From a virus (taxonomy: Duplodnaviria; Caudoviricetes): a DNA stretch of 55,163 nucleotides. Shown here piece after piece: positions 1-9,568 of the stretch (the first letter of the stretch is position 1; every line of letters starts with the position of its first letter). The stretch is taken from the IMG/VR virus record IMGVR_UViG_3300021976_000002, positions 1-55,163 of that record; one strand, written 5' to 3'. The translations under genes and the position numbers were made by a program. Below the pieces are notes generated by a model, which had not been told where the DNA came from, made no database searches, and worked only from the letters and a program-made list of their open reading frames with translations.

Positions 1-127
1 ACTTGTGTACGAAGATCATCGATCTGTTTAGCATGACGCTCTTCTAGATCTTTGACTTCCTTAGAATGGTCTTCCCGTTCCTTTGTGAGAGTGGCGCTGT
101 AATCCTTACGGTCTCCGCTACTCTGTC
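1..127. repeat. Terminal overlap identical to 55037-55163 (circular assembly junction)
   Basis: Exact 127-bp identity between the start and end of the window. An ORF reads cleanly across the join. Confidence 0.95.
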
Positions 128-215
128 CCATTACTCTTACCATAAGCCAGGCGAGGAGACCCACGGCACCCAGACCTCCTACGAGGTCCGGAATGTTGCT
201 AGGCAGGACTTCCAC
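1..215 (-). CDS. Membrane-anchored coiled-coil protein of the lysis cassette, 5' part (111 aa, spans the junction to 54916)
   Basis: GTG at 215 after a GGGGG SD-like tract. Translation MEVLPSNIPDLVGGLGAVGLLAWLMVRVMG...IDDLRTQVARLTDRVDELQQQVEAER...: one TM segment, then heptads. Missed by the ORF track. Confidence 0.8.
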   Translation of the reverse strand, partial: MEVLPSNIPDLVGGLGAVGLLAWLMVRVMGQSSGDRKDYSATLTKEREDHSKEVKDLEERHAKQIDDLRTQ

Positions 216-246
216 ACGATACCCCCACGGTATGTACTAGATGCTC

Positions 247-1320
247 TCAGGCATCTTTGACTTCGGGCTCTTCCTCGTTCGCCGAAGTCTTTCCGACTTC
301 AGTAGTGGCTGCTGCGACAGGCTTCATCTGGGGAGCAGGCTCGTCGACCATCCCGTTCAGGATCTCCTTGATGACGTCAAGCTCGGCTTGTAGTTCCAGA
401 CCAATAGTCTTGGCATCAGCCAGTTCCTGAATGGCAGCAATGTCCTTGCCACCACGCCTGACGAACTTAGTCCAGAACTTGTTGGCCAAGGAAGTGCTTC
501 GAAGATCCCTAAGGGACAACATAGCCCTGATGACATCATTGGGATGTGGCGGGTCGATAATCTCCAGGGCGCCCTTACCCTTAGTTAGCATGCCCATGGT
601 ACCTACGGAGATAACCTGAGCCTCCATACCACCAATCAGTACCCATTGGGTAGCTCCGTACCTGCTGACGTAAGGTTTTGCCATCTCGTCCTCCTCTGGA
701 AGTTCGGGCTCTGGTGTAGGTGTGTTGCCAAGCAGTCGATCGATAGCAGCATCGAGCTGCGAATAGCGGAGGCCTCCTGGGTCCCAGTGGTCGTTACCGG
801 ACACATGAACGTGACCCAGGATACCTCGGTAAGCATCGAAGCTAGGACCGGAAAGCCTAACGCCACTGACGTAGGTCTTCTGACCTTCCTTCCACCTTAC
901 TGTCGAGCCTAGTGGAAGGTCTTCCTCTCGATGTAGCTGGACGATCATAGCTGCGATGTCGTCGAAGTGTGACTTGGTCAGATCACCAATCCACAAACCC
1001 CCAACGCTTCGTGCCAACGCGTAGTCAGAGTAGGCTATGATCTCGAGCTGGAAGACCTTGTCTCGGTTCTCTCGCACCACTGTGGAGCTTGGATCACGAA
1101 GTGCTCGAGACGATCTGTTGTTGGAATGGTGCTGTCGGATCTGACGTAGCCTAGGATGATAGGTAGCATTGGGTGAAGATGCTCCACCACTATAGCCAGG
1201 CCAGCTCTCAGTCTCAGTAGTATGAATGACGAACTTTTCTAGCCAGGAAAACAATGCTCCTAGATAGTTGTCCTCATACCACTGGGCTGTGACGTTAGCA
1301 CCCTTAAGAGTCTTCGCCAT
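247..1320 (-). CDS. Endolysin, N-acetylmuramoyl-L-alanine amidase (Amidase_2-like)
   Basis: VIHTTE, FQLEII and ILGHVHVSGNDHWDPG zinc-amidase motifs, a Pro/Glu linker and a C-terminal domain. Start taken at MAKTLK. Confidence 0.8.
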   Translation of the reverse strand: MAKTLKGANVTAQWYEDNYLGALFSWLEKFVIHTTETESWPGYSGGASSPNATYHPRLRQIRQHHSNNRSSRALRDPSSTVVRENRDKVFQLEIIAYSDYALARSVGGLWIGDLTKSHFDDIAAMIVQLHREEDLPLGSTVRWKEGQKTYVSGVRLSGPSFDAYRGILGHVHVSGNDHWDPGGLRYSQLDAAIDRLLGNTPTPEPELPEEDEMAKPYVSRYGATQWVLIGGMEAQVISVGTMGMLTKGKGALEIIDPPHPNDVIRAMLSLRDLRSTSLANKFWTKFVRRGGKDIAAIQELADAKTIGLELQAELDVIKEILNGMVDEPAPQMKPVAAATTEVGKTSANEEEPEVKDA

Positions 1321-1495
1321 CCTCATCCTCCTCGCCTTCAGGAAGGACAGCGTGACCCTCTTCTTCGAGCTCAGTCGGATCAACTGGCTCTTGAGGTCCG
1401 TCCGTCGAAGCTGGCGGAGGCACCTTAGCATAAGGGTCCTCGTCTTCGACTCGCTGTACGTTCTCGTTCATCGATCCTTCTCCCTTCTCAGTCAA
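1304..1495 (-). CDS. Small acidic hypothetical protein
   Basis: Fills the gap between the tail gene and the endolysin. Very acidic; start uncertain. Confidence 0.5.
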   Translation of the reverse strand: MTEKGEGSMNENVQRVEDEDPYAKVPPPASTDGPQEPVDPTELEEEGHAVLPEGEEDEDGEDS

Positions 1496-3743
1496 CGGCT
1501 AGGACGCGGACTGAAAGCTCTTGTTCGAGTTGACCATCAGTACTGTGCAGAGAGATCCCTACAACAAGGCACCGACCGGACAGGCCAGAGATCTCCGGAT
1601 CCTCAACTCGAATATGGTCGCCCAATTGAATGCGAGGATCCGGAACAGCCAGAGGTAAGTTGGTAATGATGGGCCTAGGCGTTTCCAACTCGGCAGCTAG
1701 CCAGTCACCAAGTGTCTGAGCCTCAGCAAGTGTAGACCTCCAACGACTTCCCGGAACGTTTAGGAAGCGTTGACCTGTAGGAGGGTTATCATCAGTAATG
1801 GCTGTGTAGGTAGATTCTTCACCCCAGATGTTGACCTGCTTGGCCATCATGACAGGTCCAGGAGTTCCATTACCTCCGGCACCAGCCAAGGACACTTCTG
1901 CATCAGGATCGTAAGGCCACAGCATACCAGGACTGAAGACTGCATTGATCATGATCCTACTAGGTGTAAAGATCGTGACAGTGAGCGTCACACTACCTTC
2001 GGAGCCTAGGAGCTTGTCATAGCTATACCTAGGCACTCCAGGTGGTCGAGGACTACCACAGTCATTACGGAAGTCATCGTTACGATCCGCAGCACCAATC
2101 TCGACGTAGCTACCAATGCGCTGAGCACAGTTGAACCTTTGGATACCTGTGTCCAGTTCAATGGCATCGCCATCAAGATCAACGAACCAGGTCGCACCAC
2201 CAAGACTAGCCTGCATCTCCGCCATAGTGTAGACGTTACTATTGCTAGGCTTCTGCGCCAAGATGTACGCAGCAGATACAACAGTCCTTCTAATAGTCAC
2301 TGGCCAATAAGGAACAGAAACATGGGTATACTTCTGACTGATAGAATAGTCCCAGAAGATGTTCTTCAAGGAGTCTCTAGCAGTCACAGTAGTGGCAATG
2401 GGATTGCTTAGGCTAGTAAGAGTATTTCGGTTCTTGAAGCTAAGCCTTCCTGACTCATCAAGCCAGATAGCGCCCGCCTCAGTCTCAGCAATCTCCCCCA
2501 TAACCTCCCAGGCGACCTCATTGCTAATATATGGTGTAGCCTGCAGAGCATTCAGAGAAGGGTCGGCGAAGAATGTTGGCTCCCAGTTAACCAGATTCCC
2601 CTGCGAAGTTATCAGGAAGCTAGTGCTCGCGCGTGAGATACAGGCGCCAGTAACCTGCCCATTGACGGAGGCGTGTGTGGTTGTCCCGCTGCCGGTCCCA
2701 ACCCCGCTAGCAGTTCGCCCGTCGTGCGTCTCAAGGAAGACTGAGGTAGGCCCGCCGAAGCCATCGGGTATGAACATTACCCGCACAGGCCCGTTGATCG
2801 GAACTCCTCCGAGAGCAATGCTACATATCGTAGTAACCCCTCCACCCGAGTTCGTAGAGGTGACGGAGATGGTTGTGGAGCTAACCACAAGCCCGACGTT
2901 GGGGTTACCAGTTGTCGCGGTGTGTAGTCGGATGGCTGAGGTTGAGGCCTGACTCGCAGAGCTGAACACTCCCTGTATTACAACGCCCGTAAGCAACAGA
3001 GAGGACCAGAGCCAGTTTGTCTGAAGGTCGTAGCCCTGGTTCGAAGCTACGTCAGGCCAGACCCCATAACCCCAAGGAGCAGGCTCCCAACTAAGACCAG
3101 CAGCGGCTGCATTGCTTCTATGAAAGCCCGAACCAGGAAGAGGGTTCCTACCACCCTGCATCGGCACATGTAGATCGACGTCAACATATCCATTAATGGG
3201 GAACGTGTTGATCAGTGGGTTTGGAGTACTTTCGAACCCAGCCTTACGAGCACAAGCATCCAAGGCCCATAGTGCCGTTAGGTACATCGCATTGGTAATA
3301 GTACTGTCGCGAGTATACATACTAGTAGCAACCGGCAACAACGTTATTAGCTTACGGAGCAATGAAGCGTTATCCTGGATATCTACATTAGTAGCAGAGT
3401 CCAGAGACTCGCCCGCATTAGCATGAGCAGTACCAGTGAAGATAGGTACTTCAGCATCATCATATCCAGCACTAATAGTTACTGGCGTCTGCAGTTCAGG
3501 TGTATCCGGAATCGCCTGGAACGGACTCAGAGGCCTATCAACCTGAACATCATCCGGGACGAGATCAACTGAACCAGAAGCGATTGATAATCCTGCGACA
3601 CCTCGAACCTGTTCAGGAAGGAATCCACCAACCTGTCGAGCAACAGACCAGTCTCGAGCCTCACCAGCCCCATCGACCTCTACCGTCGAAGTGGGGCTGC
3701 TCTCATCAAACTGTGTAGGCCATCCAGCAGGAGTTGGTTGCAT
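1488..3743 (-). CDS. Minor tail / baseplate hub protein
   Basis: 751 aa, second gene after the tape measure. EAGAIWLDESGRLSFKNR and DPRIQLGDHIRV segments are typical of siphovirus hub proteins. Confidence 0.75.
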   Translation of the reverse strand: MQPTPAGWPTQFDESSPTSTVEVDGAGEARDWSVARQVGGFLPEQVRGVAGLSIASGSVDLVPDDVQVDRPLSPFQAIPDTPELQTPVTISAGYDDAEVPIFTGTAHANAGESLDSATNVDIQDNASLLRKLITLLPVATSMYTRDSTITNAMYLTALWALDACARKAGFESTPNPLINTFPINGYVDVDLHVPMQGGRNPLPGSGFHRSNAAAAGLSWEPAPWGYGVWPDVASNQGYDLQTNWLWSSLLLTGVVIQGVFSSASQASTSAIRLHTATTGNPNVGLVVSSTTISVTSTNSGGGVTTICSIALGGVPINGPVRVMFIPDGFGGPTSVFLETHDGRTASGVGTGSGTTTHASVNGQVTGACISRASTSFLITSQGNLVNWEPTFFADPSLNALQATPYISNEVAWEVMGEIAETEAGAIWLDESGRLSFKNRNTLTSLSNPIATTVTARDSLKNIFWDYSISQKYTHVSVPYWPVTIRRTVVSAAYILAQKPSNSNVYTMAEMQASLGGATWFVDLDGDAIELDTGIQRFNCAQRIGSYVEIGAADRNDDFRNDCGSPRPPGVPRYSYDKLLGSEGSVTLTVTIFTPSRIMINAVFSPGMLWPYDPDAEVSLAGAGGNGTPGPVMMAKQVNIWGEESTYTAITDDNPPTGQRFLNVPGSRWRSTLAEAQTLGDWLAAELETPRPIITNLPLAVPDPRIQLGDHIRVEDPEISGLSGRCLVVGISLHSTDGQLEQELSVRVLAVD

Positions 3744-3744
3744 C

Positions 3745-4596
3745 TCACACCTCCTGCAGCACAGCAGAGTAATCAGAACGAGTAACCCCGTACGATTCCA
3801 AGTACACCTCAGGCACGTCCAGGATCGATACCCGTGCGACGCCGTGCCCCGCCACCCACTGGGAAAGAACCACAGGGCTCTCGGCTAGACGAAAGTTGCC
3901 GAACCTCGAAAGCCCTGTAGCGCCGGATTGAATAATGACACGGGCATACGCTGCACCCACTGGAGCCACGGTAGCAGCTAGAGCGATGGGTCCCCAGCCT
4001 GTGGTTGACTTAGTACCAACAACCGCAGCACCAACTGTAGCATTCGTAACGTTGTAGAACTGCAACGAGATAGTCGAAGCCTCTGCCACACTAGGGTTGA
4101 CATAGCCAAGCAAGGCATAGGTGAGTCCTGGGATGACTGGAATCTGTTCTGACTGGGCAGTAGTGGCAGCAGCCATCGACAGAGACTGGTCAGCTAGTAT
4201 AACACCGGCAGCATCCTGAACATCGACCACAGACCTGGTGATCGCACCGCCTGCCGTGACGGTAAAGCCGGGTTCGTCCCCAACAGTGAAGGGAGCAGCC
4301 ACATCAGGCTTGAGCATGTTGCGCTTAACGCTAACCGGATCGTACCACCAGAAGGGACCTCTACCGTACACTCCATGGTGCAACGCCAAGAGGTTGTTAA
4401 TGTCGTTCGGAGTAGCTAGAGCCAGCGACCATTCGAAGGCTCGAGTACCCATTCGACCCTTCTGAACCTTTGCTCGACCGTAGATGGTATAGCTTACCGA
4501 TGTGGCAACGTAGCGGGCAGCAGGCAAGTCAGGAGCAGGACACTTAACGGGCAACAGGTTGCCCAACGGTCCAATGTATGTGACTCCGTTAGCCAT
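3745..4596 (-). CDS. Distal tail (Dit-like) protein with probable carbohydrate-binding insert
   Basis: Directly after the tape measure. PFWWYDP motif and a CBM-like segment (APVGAAYARVII). Confidence 0.65.
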   Translation of the reverse strand: MANGVTYIGPLGNLLPVKCPAPDLPAARYVATSVSYTIYGRAKVQKGRMGTRAFEWSLALATPNDINNLLALHHGVYGRGPFWWYDPVSVKRNMLKPDVAAPFTVGDEPGFTVTAGGAITRSVVDVQDAAGVILADQSLSMAAATTAQSEQIPVIPGLTYALLGYVNPSVAEASTISLQFYNVTNATVGAAVVGTKSTTGWGPIALAATVAPVGAAYARVIIQSGATGLSRFGNFRLAESPVVLSQWVAGHGVARVSILDVPEVYLESYGVTRSDYSAVLQEV

Positions 4597-7508
4597 TAGC
4601 GTCGACCTCCTCCCAAAGCCTTACCTGTTTGAATAACTCCGTCGATCAATTCGAATGCCACACGGCCGTCCTTAGTCACTAGCTGGACAGGTCGCCTATT
4701 CAACCCACGAGCCTCGTCGATCATGGTCCTCAGCATAGACTCGGACTGCGAGCTCAGTCCGATCGACTCAGGTCCGATCGTTCCTCCGTTAGCATAGCTT
4801 CCGGCAATCTGTCCTCGGTTGATAGCCTCGAGCAAAGACTTGTGACGCTTAGCCTGACTAGCTCGAACTACGTACTCGTCCCTAGACACCAGAGCCAAGA
4901 CATCGTCTGCTCGAGAGTGAGTACCATAGCGCACGCCTCCACCATAACGGAAGTCGTGTGCTACCATTCCACCGGCAGCATAGCCAGTGATCCATCCACC
5001 ACTAGCTCTCAGTCCTGGGTTGACGTACTGAGTACCATCCCAGATGCGGCCCGAGGTCCTGACGCTCACGGTAATAGTCGAGCTTCGGTTTCGTGCTGTA
5101 TTGTTCAGCTCACGCTCGGCAGCACCAATGCCAGTCACGTCGATGTTAGCATTGGCATTAACGTTGCGTCTGTCGAAGGCGGAGAGCTCTGTGTTGGCAG
5201 CTTCAACTTGAGCATCGGCAGCAACAGCACCAGGGGCAGACACAGTAGCTACATAGTCACCCGGAATGAGACCCAGAGTGTTAGCTAGAGTGTTAGCCTC
5301 TTCCTCGGAGTAGCCAGCAGCCACTGCGGCAGCTACGAATGATGCTCGGGCATTCTCCATAGCAACGGAAGCTTGATCAGCTGTGCCAGCATTCTCAAGA
5401 AGAGCTCCAGCAGTCTCAAGAGCCTGACTAGCCAAGTCGTTCAGGGCCTGTTCGTTCTCCCGACCCTTCTCGGTGTTGAATCCAATGGCTACACCAGTCT
5501 CATCGATCGCAGCTGTGGTGTCTGCCATCTGTGAAGCCAGGTCAAGTTGTGTCTGGCGAATGTCAATAGCCAGAAGACCAGCAGCCTGCATCTGGGCTAC
5601 AAGGTTAGCCAGCGCCTCAGCCTGTGTCTGGATGCCTTCAGTAGTAGCATCGAAGTCAGCACCGAGTTGAGCTTGCGCTGCGGCTGCTTCCTCTGTGGAG
5701 GTCGTAGTAATACCGAGCGCCCCGTTAGCAGCCTCAAGTGCGACTTGCTCTTCTTCGTACTTGCCCTTAGCCTCTTCGACGTGACCACTAAGCTCTGTGG
5801 TTCCACCGATGACTTCTTCAATGGCTGACAGCTTAGTACGAAGCGAAGCAGCGTGCTCGAGCTCGTCCTTACTAAGTGCACCAGGTCCTGCACCACCAGA
5901 GTACAACTCGTCCAGCTGTGCTTGGTACTCCTCCTGCTTGTCAACCAGCAACGCCATAGCATCCTGGTTACCAGCAGCAGCCTCAGTCACTGTGTCGAGA
6001 GCGACTCCAGCATCCTTGGCTTTGTCTGCCAACCCCTCTTGTGAGATCTGTGCCGCAAGAACTTGAGCAGCGTTCTCTCCGAAGGCACCAGAGTCAGCTT
6101 CAAGAGCAGCCGTGAAGTCTTCAACGATCTGTCGACCCTTAGCCTTCTCACTAAGGAAGGCGGACAGGATAATGCCAGCGCCAGCAATGGCTAGACCCAG
6201 TACACCACCAGCGATAGAGACAGCTCGCAACGACACACCCAAAGCCTGCGCTGCGATCCTAGCATCGTTGATGGCAACAGTAAGCCTACCCATTCCTGCA
6301 ACACCCAGTGCGACCAAGCCACCGCCACCGACTAGGGCCAGTGCGGCAGTTTGGATACCTGAGGGCAGGTCGTTAAAGCTATTTACTGCTTCTGTTACAT
6401 TCTGCACAACAGTCCGAAGGAAGTTGTTGCTACCCTCGGCCGAGTTGATGAACGCCGTCTCCAGGGCGCCGCCCAGAGCTTCGAGGTCACCCTTCAGGTT
6501 GTCCAGACGAAGAGCGGCCGTCTCAGCAGCGAAGCCTTGATCATCGACTGCGTTGGTCCACTTCTGGATACCACCCGTGCCCTGCTCCATGAGAATGTTA
6601 GCAGCACGAATAGCATCGCTACCGAAGATAGTAGCCAGCGCCTGGTCTCTCTGAGCCTGCGTAAGAGGTCCAAGCTTAGCCTGCAACTGACCAGCGAGGT
6701 CAGCCACACCGACAAAGCTACCCTCAGCATCGTACGCAGCAATGCCCAGGCGCTCCATTGTGTCTGCAGCTTCGCGGGACGGGTTCGCCATGCGTAGCAA
6801 CATCGTACGGAACGAAGTACCAGCATCGCTGCCCAACAGACCAGCAGCTGCGAACGCTGTCAGTGTGCCAACAGTCTCTTCAATGCTAATGCCGAACTGG
6901 TTCGACACCAGACCAGCCTGACGAAGAGCGAACGCCATGTCGGTCACATCACCCTGAGCCTTACCAGCACCAGCGGCTAGCAAGTCAGCAATGTGAGTAA
7001 CGTCCGAACCACTCAGACCGAACTGCGTCATAGCAGTCGCAGCGATCTCAGCAGCGTCGGCCACTTCCAAGTTACCAGCAGCAGCCAAGTCCAGCGAACC
7101 AGAAAGGCCACCGCCAAGGATGTCTGAAGTCGACACACCAGCCTTGGCTAGGTTCTCAATAGCTCCAGCTGCCTCAGTAGCAGAGAAGACAGTCGACTCG
7201 CCAGCATCGAGAGCGGCCTGGCGAAGCAAGCCCATCTCATCTGCAGAGGCATGCGTGGCTGCTTGAACAGCGGACATACCTTCATCGAAGTTGGCAAAGG
7301 CCCGAACAGCTAGACCAGCAGCACCAACCGCGGCGATACCAACAACGCCGAAGGCATTGCTGAGATCCCGAATGGATGCACTCGATCTACCTGACTGGGA
7401 CTCGACGTTCTGATTGAACGCGCCAACAGCGGAAGAGCCTTGACGGAGCCCTGCAGCTAGCCCGGAGACGTTAGCGACAAGCCGTACGGTTACGGTACGA
7501 TCCGCCAT
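4596..7508 (-). CDS. Tape measure protein
   Basis: 970 aa Ala/Gly-rich helical protein with a TP901-type TMP core (FSATEAA, GSDAGTSFRTML, IFGSDAIRAA). Lies after the tail chaperones. Confidence 0.95.
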   Translation of the reverse strand: MADRTVTVRLVANVSGLAAGLRQGSSAVGAFNQNVESQSGRSSASIRDLSNAFGVVGIAAVGAAGLAVRAFANFDEGMSAVQAATHASADEMGLLRQAALDAGESTVFSATEAAGAIENLAKAGVSTSDILGGGLSGSLDLAAAGNLEVADAAEIAATAMTQFGLSGSDVTHIADLLAAGAGKAQGDVTDMAFALRQAGLVSNQFGISIEETVGTLTAFAAAGLLGSDAGTSFRTMLLRMANPSREAADTMERLGIAAYDAEGSFVGVADLAGQLQAKLGPLTQAQRDQALATIFGSDAIRAANILMEQGTGGIQKWTNAVDDQGFAAETAALRLDNLKGDLEALGGALETAFINSAEGSNNFLRTVVQNVTEAVNSFNDLPSGIQTAALALVGGGGLVALGVAGMGRLTVAINDARIAAQALGVSLRAVSIAGGVLGLAIAGAGIILSAFLSEKAKGRQIVEDFTAALEADSGAFGENAAQVLAAQISQEGLADKAKDAGVALDTVTEAAAGNQDAMALLVDKQEEYQAQLDELYSGGAGPGALSKDELEHAASLRTKLSAIEEVIGGTTELSGHVEEAKGKYEEEQVALEAANGALGITTTSTEEAAAAQAQLGADFDATTEGIQTQAEALANLVAQMQAAGLLAIDIRQTQLDLASQMADTTAAIDETGVAIGFNTEKGRENEQALNDLASQALETAGALLENAGTADQASVAMENARASFVAAAVAAGYSEEEANTLANTLGLIPGDYVATVSAPGAVAADAQVEAANTELSAFDRRNVNANANIDVTGIGAAERELNNTARNRSSTITVSVRTSGRIWDGTQYVNPGLRASGGWITGYAAGGMVAHDFRYGGGVRYGTHSRADDVLALVSRDEYVVRASQAKRHKSLLEAINRGQIAGSYANGGTIGPESIGLSSQSESMLRTMIDEARGLNRRPVQLVTKDGRVAFELIDGVIQTGKALGGGRR

Positions 7509-7528
7509 GAAGCACCTCCTTAAACCCT

Positions 7529-7645
7529 AGCTCAGTTGAGCTCAGCGAGACTCGATATAGACTCAACGAGACTTCGGTTAGACTTGAGTTACCCCTAGCG
7601 CGTGTGGAGTTGTGAGGGCTCAAGTCTAACCGAAGTCTAACCGCG
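7529..7645. repeat. Intergenic element A: 20-bp perfect inverted repeat with phased AGACT/AGTCT repeats
   Basis: AGACTTCGGTTAGACTTGAG (7569-7588) and CTCAAGTCTAACCGAAGTCT (7619-7638). AGACT at 7548, 7559, 7569 and 7580. Confidence 0.85.
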
Positions 7646-8143
7646 TTGGTCTGGTTGCACGACCACAGGCTTTCGAGGTCTCGTTGGGCGTCTGCTTGGT
7701 ACCTTGGGCATCTTCCTGGATGTGAGGAAGTACTTGACCTTCTTGAAGCGTCGCTGTGTCTGTTCAAGCTTCTCGGCAGCCAGCCGTTCCGCTTCGCAGG
7801 CATGACAGACGATCGGGTTAGACACCTGGTAGTAGTACTTGGCATCTGGGTTGTTGGGGTCGGCATCTGGGTGACCTGACTCCGACAGAGGATGTCCGCA
7901 ATACGGATGCGTGTCGGCTTCGTCATCAAGGAGTGCGATGACAAAGTCTCGCTGGTCATCATCCCACTCGCTTTCTGTATCGGTCACCCACCGAAGTGGC
8001 CTTCCCTGATCATCCCATTCAACCACTGTGGTTACTTGCTTAGGCTCCCAGCCTGCGAACTTCTTCCGGCTGATTCCTAACTTAGTGGCTGCCTTGACCT
8101 CTGTCTTGATAACAGGGGCAGACCTTAGATCTGCCCCCGTGTA
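7637..8143 (-). CDS. Tail assembly chaperone, frameshift extension (G-T-like)
   Basis: Open in the -1 frame relative to 8125..8661 with no convincing own start. Contains WDDDQR and CGHP...CHAC motifs. Confidence 0.7.
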   Translation of the reverse strand, partial: YTGADLRSAPVIKTEVKAATKLGISRKKFAGWEPKQVTTVVEWDDQGRPLRWVTDTESEWDDDQRDFVIALLDDEADTHPYCGHPLSESGHPDADPNNPDAKYYYQVSNPIVCHACEAERLAAEKLEQTQRRFKKVKYFLTSRKMPKVPSRRPTRPRKPVVVQPDQRG

Positions 8144-8661
8144 GGGGTTAGGATCGTGTCCCTGTTCACTTGCTTGGTACCATTGCCCAGAAGATCGAAC
8201 TGGGCATCCGTGATGTTCTCGAGGAAGGTCTTCCACCGCTCAGGAGTGAACTCGACAGAGTCACCGGAGTAGGAAGTCACCTTCATCGTGCAACGCTTGA
8301 TGAGCATGGCGTAGAAGTTCTGAAGGTTGAATCCGACCGAGAGATCGATTCGGTTACCATCACGCGGCTTGCCCGACTGGCGCTGCAGGCTGTTGTATTC
8401 AGCCGAGGAGATGCCAGTCATGTGGATGGTCAGCGTATGCTGAATCATCTCTTCCTCGAGCTGGTCGAGTTCAGCTTGTGCCTGAACCAACTCAGGAATG
8501 TCTGGCTGACCAAAACGCTTGTCGTCCTTCTTGGTCTTCTCGCCCTCAGTCATGTAGGCCAGAAGTTCTTCGCGTCTGGTGTTCAGGTCCTGTCGCATGC
8601 AGATGTCGACAGTCGTCGTGGGGAACTTCGCCCCATTCAGAATTTCATCAACGCTAGGCAT
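8125..8661 (-). CDS. Tail assembly chaperone
   Basis: Lies between the major tail gene and the tape measure, with an AGGAAAGG RBS. Confidence 0.8.
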   Translation of the reverse strand: MPSVDEILNGAKFPTTTVDICMRQDLNTRREELLAYMTEGEKTKKDDKRFGQPDIPELVQAQAELDQLEEEMIQHTLTIHMTGISSAEYNSLQRQSGKPRDGNRIDLSVGFNLQNFYAMLIKRCTMKVTSYSGDSVEFTPERWKTFLENITDAQFDLLGNGTKQVNRDTILTPTRGQI

Positions 8662-8708
8662 GTTCGGTCCTTTCCTGATGCCTATCGGTATCGGTCCTGA
8701 GAGTATGA

Positions 8709-8751
8709 GGTCCGGGGTAATGCAGGACCGAAAGGGACATTACCCCGGACC
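8709..8751 (-). promoter_or_regulatory. 14-bp hairpin after the major tail gene (terminator or translational control)
   Basis: GGTCCGGGGTAATG / CATTACCCCGGACC perfect stem. Confidence 0.65.
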
Positions 8752-8759
8752 GGTTCATG

Positions 8760-9323
8760 TTAAGCAGCGACGACCGAAGCGTCCATCTGGGCAGGCCCGG
8801 AAATGAACGGCGTCTGACGGACAGTCAGCTTGGACGACGCACCGCCGCCTCCACCGCCACCCCCGCCGCCACCGCTGTCACCCGTAGCAGGTGCGTTCTT
8901 GATCTGCGCACCCATCGTCACGGGATAAACATCGACGATCTGGTCGGCTGCGAAAGCAGTCTCGAAGGGAAGACCCCAACGGATGATGATGAACCCATCG
9001 GTGTCAGGCGCCAGAGTTTCGTACGCCTCGTTCTCCGGGTCAGCACTTCCGTAGGCCTGGGGGTCGTAGACGTACACGAGCTCCTCGAGCGTGTACGTGA
9101 TCGACCCAGGAACACCGAACACCTGACGCGAGCACAGGCGACGGTCCTGACGAAGAGCCTGCTCGCCACCGGGAGTGAAGCCATCCCCAACGACGTAGCA
9201 AGTGATGTCAAGGCCTGCTGTGATCTCTGCCAGCGTGACCGAGGTGATGTCAGCAACAGCGGGGGAGAAGACGACGTTGACATTGCCCTCGCCCTCAACG
9301 CCTTCTGGGAACGTGACGCTCAC
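8760..9323 (-). CDS. Major tail (tube) protein
   Basis: DITCY, DRRLCSRQ and IIRWG...VDVYPV motifs typical of actinophage tail tube proteins; synteny. Confidence 0.85.
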   Translation of the reverse strand: MSVTFPEGVEGEGNVNVVFSPAVADITSVTLAEITAGLDITCYVVGDGFTPGGEQALRQDRRLCSRQVFGVPGSITYTLEELVYVYDPQAYGSADPENEAYETLAPDTDGFIIIRWGLPFETAFAADQIVDVYPVTMGAQIKNAPATGDSGGGGGGGGGGGASSKLTVRQTPFISGPAQMDASVVAA

Positions 9324-9556
9324 TTGGAGCCTCCCTTCGTGGTGGCCGCGGTGGTGGCTGCAGCCTTGTCATCGGTGTTCGAATCTTCGGTTTCAAGCTT
9401 CTTCAACGAGCGCGGCTTGAACTTCGCCTTGAGGGGCTTGCCATTCCGCCCTACGGCTGGCTTGTCAAGCACCGTGTGGTTTTCCGTGTCGACATGAGCA
9501 GTGGTGTACTCATGTCCCGTACGCTTGTCCTGTACGCGGACAAACTTCGTTGCCAT
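9320..9556 (-). CDS. Hypothetical virion-associated protein
   Basis: Good RBS (AAGGAGG); tightly packed in the operon. Confidence 0.7.
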   Translation of the reverse strand: MATKFVRVQDKRTGHEYTTAHVDTENHTVLDKPAVGRNGKPLKAKFKPRSLKKLETEDSNTDDKAAATTAATTKGGSK

Positions 9557-9568
9557 GGTGGTCCTCCT

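Noticed and set aside
1-127. 127-bp terminal repeat as a biological direct terminal repeat
   Set aside because: It falls inside a gene and its length equals a common assembler k-mer, so it is best explained as circular-assembly overlap. The true genome ends are unknown.
215-254. In-frame ATG...TAG upstream of the junction-spanning gene, suggesting genome-wide TAG recoding
   Set aside because: A GTG with an SD-like tract follows the TAG. Many genes end normally in TAG, there is no suppressor tRNA, and the helicase break also needs a frame change.
8840-8876. CCG/CCA repeat as a contingency locus
   Set aside because: It encodes an in-frame poly-Gly linker in the tail tube protein using mixed codons.
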